Positions 57,129 to 64,000 of a stretch of DNA of 64,000 nucleotides are shown in pieces. The position numbers and the translations under genes were made by a program. Position 1 is the first letter of the stretch. Each line of letters starts with the position of its first letter. Under the pieces are notes generated by a model, which ran no database searches, was not told the origin of the DNA, and saw only the letters and a list, made by a program, of their open reading frames with translations. This stretch comes from Acutalibacteraceae bacterium (GTDB lineage: Bacteria > Bacillota > Clostridia > Oscillospirales > Acutalibacteraceae), in NCBI GenBank assembly GCA_045635665.1, contig JAZTWC010000069.1, positions 8,532 through 72,531 on the forward strand, in the 5' to 3' direction.

Positions 57129-57148
57129 AATTTTATTTTGCCGAGTTA

Positions 57149-58111
57149 TCAGTTAAGCTCAAACACATAATTGTCATAACCCTCTAACCACTGACCTGTC
57201 AGATAGTTGCGGAAGCGAAGAACAACACTGTCTTCATAAACTTCCATCTGTACACCGATGCCGTCTTTTCCGCAGTCATCATTTGCGGGATAGTAGTTGC
57301 CGGGATTACCTGTAGCGGGAAGATTGATGTATGTAACATTGTTTGTTGTCTGCACGGAGTCATCACTTACACCGTAATGGGAATGACCGCAGAAATAGAA
57401 AGTTCTTACGCCGCTGTTTTCGAGTATGTCAGTCAGACGGTCATTCTGAACCGCAACATTGAAGCCTGCATATGAGCGGCCACCGTTACGGCCGTAAATA
57501 AGATAGTGGTTGAGTACAAAGCAGGGTTTGTCGCTTTCTTTAGCTTCTGCAAGTTCGCTTTCAAGCCAGTTGAGCTGTTCGTCAGAAAGAATCTGCTTGC
57601 CGTCTTCCTCTGTGCGACCCTCACCACCGAGTACGATAAACTTGTAACCTTTTTCTTCACGGCTGTAATATACTTTGTCACCGCTGTCACCGAAAAAGCC
57701 GTTACGCATAGTAACAAAACGTTTTTGTAGTGTGTCAAAGGTACCGTTAGTGTTGTCGCTGGTATCCATATCGTGGTTGCCGGGAGCTGACAGAACACTT
57801 TCGTCTTTGAAGAAACGGCTTACAAGTCCATAGGCAAGAAGAGTCTCTATAACCTGACCATTCATTGTGTTGTCACCGAGAAGTGCAAGAACGTCATTAT
57901 CTGCTTTTTCGGCAGCATACAAAACACCGCCAACGCGTTTATGACGCTGGGAGTTGTTACCTTCCATATGAAGGTCTGACAAAATTGTTGCCGAAAGCAG
58001 GCAGTTTTCCGCATCGGTTTTGTCAATAGCTTCGGGAGCTGTGCCGAAAGGCATAAAAATAAATAAAGACATAACCAATGCAAGTGTTTTCATAAAAAAT
58101 CCTGTAATCAT
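57149..58111 (-). CDS. Secreted calcineurin-like metallophosphoesterase
   Basis: LSDLHME, LGDNTMNG, GNHD and GHSH metal-binding blocks. Start at MITGFFMK, 6 nt after a GAGGTG RBS. Signal peptide present. Confidence 0.8.
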   Translation of the reverse strand: MITGFFMKTLALVMSLFIFMPFGTAPEAIDKTDAENCLLSATILSDLHMEGNNSQRHKRVGGVLYAAEKADNDVLALLGDNTMNGQVIETLLAYGLVSRFFKDESVLSAPGNHDMDTSDNTNGTFDTLQKRFVTMRNGFFGDSGDKVYYSREEKGYKFIVLGGEGRTEEDGKQILSDEQLNWLESELAEAKESDKPCFVLNHYLIYGRNGGRSYAGFNVAVQNDRLTDILENSGVRTFYFCGHSHYGVSDDSVQTTNNVTYINLPATGNPGNYYPANDDCGKDGIGVQMEVYEDSVVLRFRNYLTGQWLEGYDNYVFELN

Positions 58112-58304
58112 ATTTATCACCTCAACTACATTCTATATGATAATATAGCGAAAGTCAACAGTTATTCCTGACTTAATGCAATAACTTGTAGCTTAAGTTT
58201 GTTGTAAGATGAATAGCACAAGGCAAATGAAGAGATAAAACCCTCTTTATTTTGTATTTCATATATGATATAATTATCAAAGTGATAAGGAAAGAGGTGT
58301 GATA

Positions 58305-59639
58305 ATGAAATATGTATTGATTATTTCAGTTATGATAGTTGTCGCTGTTGTTTGTATTATTAAAGCCAGGTCTTCAAAATTTACCGGCAGCGACTATAAA
58401 ATACCCAAGCTTGATCTGAGTGTGATGCCAAAGGAGCTTGAGGGTAGTGAATACGAATATCTTTACAAGCTTTCTGTGGTGGATGACACAAACGATTATA
58501 TGGCTCATCCCGACAGTGTACTGCTGAAAAATGCGGATATTTTAACTGTGTACCCCAAAGGTCATGGCAAAGGTCCTGTGCTCAACAAGGTAAGCAAAGA
58601 CAATGGAGTAAGCTGGGATAGCTCTGTTGAAAATACACCTGTAAGCTGGGAAAAATCCCTTGAAACACCGACGGTGTACAGACTCGAGTTTTCAGACGGT
58701 ACACCTGACAAACTGATACTCATTTCCGCCAACTCAAAATGGCCTAATATGAAAACTCCCGGGGGATTTGAGTGCTCTATTTCTGTTGATGAAGGACAGA
58801 CTTGGTCTGAGTTTAAAAGATTTTTCAGTTATGAAGATGAGTTTTCGGTAACTCCCATAGTTGCAATGGCGAGTCTGACAAGGCTTAAAGAAAATGGCAA
58901 GTTTGCAGATAAATGGATGGGATTTTTCCACGACTCTAAATTTTACAATTACAAGAGTATCCTCACTTTTGATAAAGACGGAAATGCACAATGGAGTACG
59001 CCCGAAAAATATCTTGCACCTCACCGCGAGATTGAGAAAAAAGCGCAGATGTGTGAAATAGAAGTAATACGTTCTGACAAGGGCCAAGGTGACGAGCTGT
59101 GTCTTATTGCCAGAAGTCAATCGAAAAAAATCAATTCAATGATTGCCTTCTCCAATGATGAGGGTAAAACATGGAGTGAACCCAAAGAAGTACCTGCAGC
59201 ATTGAATGGTGAAAGACACAAGGCGGAGTATGCTTCCGACGGCAGATTGCTTATTACCTTCAGATCTATTGAAAGAGGCAAGAAGGCTGAAGCTCACGCA
59301 AAGAAAAAAGACAAACGCAAGGGTTGGATAAGTGAGGGCTTGGTTGCCTGGGTTGGTAGCTATGAAGATCTTAAAAATTCAGGTGAAGGACAGTATAGAA
59401 TAAAGCTCGCTCACATATACGATGATGATCAGACAAAGCCTGAGTATTATGCCTGTGCAGATACGGGTTATTGCGGTAATGTGGTATTGTCTGATGATAC
59501 TTTTGTTATCTGCGGTTACGGTAAATTCAGTGCGATAGAAAGAACGTCTGACGGCAAAAAGATTAAAACGTATATAGCATCAAAGCGTATAAATCTCAAA
59601 GACGTTGATGCTTTGGTGGAGAAATTACTCAATAAATAA
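58305..59639 (+). CDS. Membrane-anchored BNR/Asp-box repeat protein, sialidase-like six-bladed propeller (GH33-like, not canonical)
   Basis: Three Asp-boxes (SKDNGVSW, SVDEGQTW, SNDEGKTW). N-terminal TM. No clear FRIP motif. Confidence 0.55.
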   Translation: MKYVLIISVMIVVAVVCIIKARSSKFTGSDYKIPKLDLSVMPKELEGSEYEYLYKLSVVDDTNDYMAHPDSVLLKNADILTVYPKGHGKGPVLNKVSKDNGVSWDSSVENTPVSWEKSLETPTVYRLEFSDGTPDKLILISANSKWPNMKTPGGFECSISVDEGQTWSEFKRFFSYEDEFSVTPIVAMASLTRLKENGKFADKWMGFFHDSKFYNYKSILTFDKDGNAQWSTPEKYLAPHREIEKKAQMCEIEVIRSDKGQGDELCLIARSQSKKINSMIAFSNDEGKTWSEPKEVPAALNGERHKAEYASDGRLLITFRSIERGKKAEAHAKKKDKRKGWISEGLVAWVGSYEDLKNSGEGQYRIKLAHIYDDDQTKPEYYACADTGYCGNVVLSDDTFVICGYGKFSAIERTSDGKKIKTYIASKRINLKDVDALVEKLLNK

Positions 59640-59643
59640 AAAT

Positions 59644-59686
59644 ATACCATTCAGGTTTGTTACGGCCTGAATGGTATTGTTGTTTT
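59644..59686. terminator. Bidirectional terminator
   Basis: Perfect 12-bp stem ATACCATTCAGG / CCTGAATGGTAT between convergent genes. Confidence 0.7.
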
Positions 59687-59719
59687 AAGATGATAGCCTT
59701 CGTTTTTGTATCGGGAAGG

Positions 59720-60637
59720 TCAGCTGAGAAATTCAGCCTTGGCATTATCTATCATTTCTTTGACTTTTGCGGCGAGAGGCTTGCTTTCTTCTTTGAGCTT
59801 TATAAGGGGCTCACGGGCATCACCGATATCGATACCCTGAAGACGGAGAATCTCTTTAGCCGCTGCATACATATTACATTTGCAGTCGCACATAGCATAG
59901 ATGATTTCGTTGATAGCATACTGTATTTTTTGTGCTTGGGCAAAATCACCTGCTTTGATAAGTCTGTCGCACTCTATAAAAAGCTCGGGCATTACACCAT
60001 AGGTACCACCGATACCGCCCTGGGCACCGATTGCTCTGCCGGCAACAAACTGCTCATCAGGACCATTGAAGATAATTACATCATCGCCGCCCTCTGCTTT
60101 GAACATCTGTATATCCTGAGTAGGCATTGATGAGTTTTTGACACCTATTACCTTAGGGTTTTTAAGCATTTCTTTGTAAAGTGACATTGTAAGAGAAACA
60201 CCTGCAAGTTGAGGAATATTATAAATGATGAAGTCGGTGTCCGGTGCTGCAGAAGATATGTCATTCCAATATTTTGCGATAGCTTCTTCGGGCAGACGGA
60301 AATATATTGGCGGGATCGCAGCAATAGCATCAACACCTAAAGATTGTGCGTGCTTTGCAAGTTCCATTGAGTCTGCAGTATTATTGCAGGCAACGTGTGC
60401 GATAACTGTCAGCTTATCGCCTACGGCTTCCATTACGCTTTCAAGAATAAGCTTTCTTTCTGCTACGCTCTGATATATACATTCGCCAGATGAACCGCAG
60501 ACATAGAGACCCTTTACGCCTTTTTCATAAAGATATATAGCAAAGGCTTTTGTTCTTTCTGCTGAAACTGAACCATCATCCTCATAGCAGGCATAGAATG
60601 CAGGGATTATACCCTGATATTTTTTCAAGTCTTTCAT
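59720..60637 (-). CDS. nanA: N-acetylneuraminate lyase (DapA/NanA family)
   Basis: The blocks GLYVCGSSGE, IAHVACN, IIYNIPQLAGVSLT, IGVKNSS (Schiff-base Lys) and FNGPDEQFVAGRAIGAQGGIGGTYG parallel E. coli NanA more closely than DapA. Confidence 0.78.
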   Translation of the reverse strand: MKDLKKYQGIIPAFYACYEDDGSVSAERTKAFAIYLYEKGVKGLYVCGSSGECIYQSVAERKLILESVMEAVGDKLTVIAHVACNNTADSMELAKHAQSLGVDAIAAIPPIYFRLPEEAIAKYWNDISSAAPDTDFIIYNIPQLAGVSLTMSLYKEMLKNPKVIGVKNSSMPTQDIQMFKAEGGDDVIIFNGPDEQFVAGRAIGAQGGIGGTYGVMPELFIECDRLIKAGDFAQAQKIQYAINEIIYAMCDCKCNMYAAAKEILRLQGIDIGDAREPLIKLKEESKPLAAKVKEMIDNAKAEFLS

Positions 60638-60871
60638 TGTGACACTCCTCCGTTCTGAAATACATTTTAACAGATTTATTTATCTAAGTCAAATATGTAA
60701 ATGTAATTTTTATAAAGAGCTTGAATTGAAAAACCGACGCAGGCATTTATATGAATCACCGATATTAAAACACAGCTGTTGAATTTTTAATCTGATTATG
60801 ATAAAATAAATCCAGCATATGGTTATAAAAAAACTACAGTTCTATAACCATAGATAACATGGGAGGATATT

Positions 60872-63202
60872 ATGAATATTTTGCAGACGATTATTTCTTA
60901 TCTTGCCATAGCGGCAGCTTTTATTTCTTCAATTTTTTCATGGGGTGATTCAGAAATGATTCCTTTTCAAAATGATTACAAGATTCCTGACAGCATTCCC
61001 GAGTACAGTGTAATTTCTACGGTCGAGAAAACCGATTGGAAGGCAAAATGGATTTGGGATAAGGAAAACCTTACTGAGAAGAATGTTTGGATGTGTTTGA
61101 GTAAAAAGGTCAGTCTTGATAAGGTGCCCGAAGAACTCATTGCAAACATTTCAGCTGACTCGAAGTATTGGCTTTACATAAACGGAGAGACTGTCGTTTT
61201 TGAGGGCGGTGTAAAAAGAGGTCCCGGTAAAAACAGCGGATATTATGACAGTATAGATATCGCACCTTATCTCAGAAAGGGTGACAATGCAATTTGTGCT
61301 CTGGTGTGGTATTGGGATAATGATACAAGCTATTCCTATAGCAGTAGCGGTCAGGGCGGTTTCATTTTTGAAGCCATAGGCGAAGATGTTACCATAATTT
61401 CCGACAAAAGCTGGAAGGTAAAAAGAAACAGTGCTTACATTGACAGCGCTCTTTATCCACCTAACTACAGACTTCCCGAATACAGTATTTATTTCGATGC
61501 AAGGGAAGATATGGTCGATTGGACAAATGAAGCTTATGATGTTTCCGCTTGGGAGAATGCAACCGAATATGCTGATGGTGGCGAGGGTGCTTACGGCAAG
61601 CTTTATCCCAGAGGTATACCTTTCTTAAAAGATTACGGCCTTAAAGATTATGTGAATTCAAAGGATTATGAAAATTATACCGTAAAAGATCTTTTCGGGG
61701 AAAAAATAACCGTAGATATTCCTTATAACGCTCAGCTTACCCCGTACCTGAAAGTCATAGCACCTGCAGGAAAGAAGATTCGTATAACAACGGAGAATAC
61801 TTTAATCGGTGCAGTTTCAACTACATATATAACCAAAGAGGGTGAGCAGGAGTTTGAGGCTTTAGGCTGGTTTAACGGAGAACATATTACTTATAAAATA
61901 CCCAGAGGTGTTACAGTTGTTTCTCTGATGTACCGTGAATCGGGATATGATAGCGAATTCAGCGGCGATTACAAGAGCGATGACGAATTCATGGACTCTC
62001 TCTGGCAGAAGTCTCTTCGTACCCTCTATGTTACTATGCGTGACAATTTTATGGATTGTCCCGACAGAGAAAGAGCTCAGTGGTGGGGCGACGTCACAAG
62101 CGAAATGATTATGACAATGTACTCTATGGACAGCAATTCCTACTTGCTCTACCAAAAGGGCGTAGAGGCTATGCTTTCACATATTGACGACACAAAAGTG
62201 CTTCAGACGGTTGTACCCATAAGCGGTGACTATTTTGAGCTTCCCGTTCAGCAGCTTGCAGGAATCGTAGGCTTCCTCACTTACTATGAATATACCGGCG
62301 ACAAGGCTTTTGTCAAAAAGGTTTATGATGCATCTCTTGATTATCTCAAACTTTGGGAAATCGGTGAAAACAATCTCGTGGTACATCGCAGCGGCTCATG
62401 GGATTGGCCCGATTGGGGTAATAAGGCAGATATGACAGCTATAGAAAATGCCTGGGTTTACTATGCCCTTAGTGCTGTAGAGGAAATGGCTGATATTTTA
62501 GGCGAAGATGCGGATAACTCATTTATCACCGAAAGAAAAGCTGCTATCGCGAAGGGGTATCAGACCCTCTGGACAGAAGACGGATATAAGAGTGACGACG
62601 CGAAAAAGCCTGATGATAGAGCCAATGCGCTTGCAGTTTTGTCGGGACTTGCAACAAAAGAGCAGTATGATATCATTTTAAATGTACTAACAACAACCCA
62701 GAACTCGAGCCCCTATATGGAATACTATGTTCTTGAAGCTCTTTGTACAATGGGCGAATACGAAGCAGCAAGAGACAGAATCAAGGACAGATATGAGGAT
62801 ATGGTGAACGAGGATTACTCCACATTGTGGGAATTCTGGAACTCATGGCAGGGTACAATGAATCACGCCTGGAGCGGTGGGCCTCTCGTTATAATGAGCA
62901 AGCATTTTGCGGGTATCACTCCTCTTGAAGCAGGCTATGAAAAGGTTAAAATCAACCCGCAGTATACTCTCTCAGATAACCTGACCTGCACTGTGCCGAG
63001 CGTAAAAGGCCTGATCACACTCAGATATGAAAAGACTTCTGAGGGTTATGTTGTTGATCTTACTATACCTGAAAATATGAAAGCTGAGCTATATGTGATG
63101 GCTGAGGCTACTGTAAATGTTAACGCAGAGACTTATTATCACAATGGTGAGTATGCGGATAACACAGCAGGTAATGTGAAAATTATAGAAAAAACTGATT
63201 GA
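60872..63202 (+). CDS. Glycoside hydrolase family 78-like alpha-L-rhamnosidase
   Basis: MDCPDRERAQWWGD matches the GH78 DCPQRDERLGWTGD block. N-terminal beta-sandwich, (alpha/alpha)6 core and C-terminal beta domain lengths fit the family. Hydrophobic N-terminus. Confidence 0.72.
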   Translation: MNILQTIISYLAIAAAFISSIFSWGDSEMIPFQNDYKIPDSIPEYSVISTVEKTDWKAKWIWDKENLTEKNVWMCLSKKVSLDKVPEELIANISADSKYWLYINGETVVFEGGVKRGPGKNSGYYDSIDIAPYLRKGDNAICALVWYWDNDTSYSYSSSGQGGFIFEAIGEDVTIISDKSWKVKRNSAYIDSALYPPNYRLPEYSIYFDAREDMVDWTNEAYDVSAWENATEYADGGEGAYGKLYPRGIPFLKDYGLKDYVNSKDYENYTVKDLFGEKITVDIPYNAQLTPYLKVIAPAGKKIRITTENTLIGAVSTTYITKEGEQEFEALGWFNGEHITYKIPRGVTVVSLMYRESGYDSEFSGDYKSDDEFMDSLWQKSLRTLYVTMRDNFMDCPDRERAQWWGDVTSEMIMTMYSMDSNSYLLYQKGVEAMLSHIDDTKVLQTVVPISGDYFELPVQQLAGIVGFLTYYEYTGDKAFVKKVYDASLDYLKLWEIGENNLVVHRSGSWDWPDWGNKADMTAIENAWVYYALSAVEEMADILGEDADNSFITERKAAIAKGYQTLWTEDGYKSDDAKKPDDRANALAVLSGLATKEQYDIILNVLTTTQNSSPYMEYYVLEALCTMGEYEAARDRIKDRYEDMVNEDYSTLWEFWNSWQGTMNHAWSGGPLVIMSKHFAGITPLEAGYEKVKINPQYTLSDNLTCTVPSVKGLITLRYEKTSEGYVVDLTIPENMKAELYVMAEATVNVNAETYYHNGEYADNTAGNVKIIEKTD

Positions 63203-63234
63203 TATGTTACAAGATGATTTAAACAGGTGATGAT

Positions 63235-63615
63235 ATGAATTTGTGTCAATGGTTAAAAATCAGGAGAATTTATAGAGAAAAAACAAAAAAACTTCCTGAT
63301 AAAGAATTAGAAAAAATTATTGATAGTACTTTAGATCTATATCCTCAGTTTATAGATATATCTGATGGCGAATTGCGAAGCAAAAAAGGTTTTTGGTCTA
63401 AAAATTTATCAGATGCCTGGCATAATGCTAGTGATAAAAACAAGCCTTATTCAGAAAAAGTTGATTTAATGATTTGGGCGATTTATTGTGAATTACATAC
63501 TAAAAGTATAAAAAACTTTAAACTAGGTATCAATAAGGTAGACTTATCTGAGTTAAGTCATCTTGAAATCAGTAAAAGATATATCAGGTCATATTTGGAA
63601 TCTGATAAGTATTAA
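63235..63615 (+). CDS. Hypothetical protein (126 aa) in an AT-rich segment
   Basis: CAGGTG RBS. No recognisable motif. Composition is visibly more AT-rich than the neighbouring genes. Confidence 0.4.
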   Translation: MNLCQWLKIRRIYREKTKKLPDKELEKIIDSTLDLYPQFIDISDGELRSKKGFWSKNLSDAWHNASDKNKPYSEKVDLMIWAIYCELHTKSIKNFKLGINKVDLSELSHLEISKRYIRSYLESDKY

Positions 63616-63709
63616 CATCTAAAATAATAGTTGTTTTATTCTATGGTTACTCCATTGCCTTTTGTCTGCTGATATGATATAATTGCAAAAAAATGTGGAG
63701 GATGACACT

Positions 63710-63859
63710 ATGAAACCTTTAATTATCCTGGCTTCTCTTACTGTTGCCGTCAGCACAATAATCAGAATAGATCAAAATGAAAAAGGCAAGATGGTTGCTC
63801 ATCCTTTCGCTCGCTTGCAGATGTTAGTGCAGAGTATACTGTATAAAATATATGCCTGA
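63710..63859 (+). CDS. Possible small protein (49 aa) with an N-terminal hydrophobic segment
   Basis: GGAGGA RBS 6 nt upstream. TTGCCT-17-TATAAT promoter (extended TG) ~35 nt upstream. Translation: MKPLIILASLTVAVSTIIRIDQNEKGKMVAHPFARLQMLVQSILYKIYA. Confidence 0.3.
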   Translation: MKPLIILASLTVAVSTIIRIDQNEKGKMVAHPFARLQMLVQSILYKIYA

Positions 63860-64000
63860 AAAATTCTGTGTATAAAATATAGGTGAAAACAGTCCTTCTG
63901 GGGGCTGTTTTTATCTTTTCAATTTGCTGTTTTTAGTTGAAAAATCCCGAATACTTTGCTATAATTAAATTTAATAAATCACAAGGAGGAATGTGTATGG

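Noticed and set aside
59657-60130. 157-aa ORF antisense to nanA
   Set aside because: The NanA frame has strong family motifs. The antisense ORF starts inside the terminator hairpin and has no translation signals.
63983-64000. AAGGAGG plus ATG at the extreme 3' edge
   Set aside because: This is probably the start of a real gene, but only one or two codons lie in the window, so no call is possible.

Overview
This 64-kb window looks like a chromosomal segment of a spore-forming, moderately AT-rich Firmicute. Gene content and synteny suggest class Clostridia, possibly Oscillospiraceae/Ruminococcaceae, but that placement is inferred and not verified. All calls rest on motif reading of the supplied ORF track and on manual inspection of intergenic DNA; no database or HMM search was possible.

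Most of the window is conserved housekeeping and sporulation genes:
- Sporulation: spoVAC-spoVAD-spoVAE, and rpsT / gpr-spoIIP.
- Biosynthesis: a lysine riboswitch followed by dapA-dapB.
- Translation and replication-associated genes: cca, yceD-rpmF, der, ruvCAB, truA.
- Transport and proteolysis: ecfA1-ecfA2-ecfT and a ClpE-like AAA+ ATPase.
- A tRNA operon: Gly-Arg-His-Gln.

Three accessory-type blocks are interleaved with these:
1. A minus-strand operon (8.3-14.4 kb) encodes three exported proteins built from LRR, Big_2 and FN3 modules. All three end in the same ~190-aa C-terminal domain, which I cannot assign to any family. A related 1335-aa protein (GH73-like, SH3b, nine FN3) lies at 30.4-34.4 kb.
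2. A glycan-utilisation block (19.6-28.2 kb) encodes a GPH-type transporter, an LRR protein, GH30, a CE2-like esterase, an AEC permease and GH27.
3. A second block (51.7-63.2 kb) encodes a GPH transporter, an NPP-type phosphodiesterase, a GxGYxYP/CBM32 protein, a metallophosphoesterase, a BNR sialidase-like protein, NanA and GH78.

I found no CRISPR array, transposase, integrase, prophage or recognisable defence system.

The most unusual signals are:
- the shared C-terminal domain family;
- a ~103-nt duplication of the tRNA-Gln 3' end plus its terminator, with the copies separated by a GC-rich double-hairpin insert;
- a nested-palindrome element upstream of ruvC, plus similar GC-rich hairpins at two other gene ends;
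- a start codon split from its gene by a poly-A indel in the phosphodiesterase gene;
- a GH27 with a beta-sandwich-like insertion inside the catalytic barrel;
- an LCAT-like hydrolase with Cys in place of the nucleophile Ser.

Novelty of any of these cannot be established from the sequence alone.
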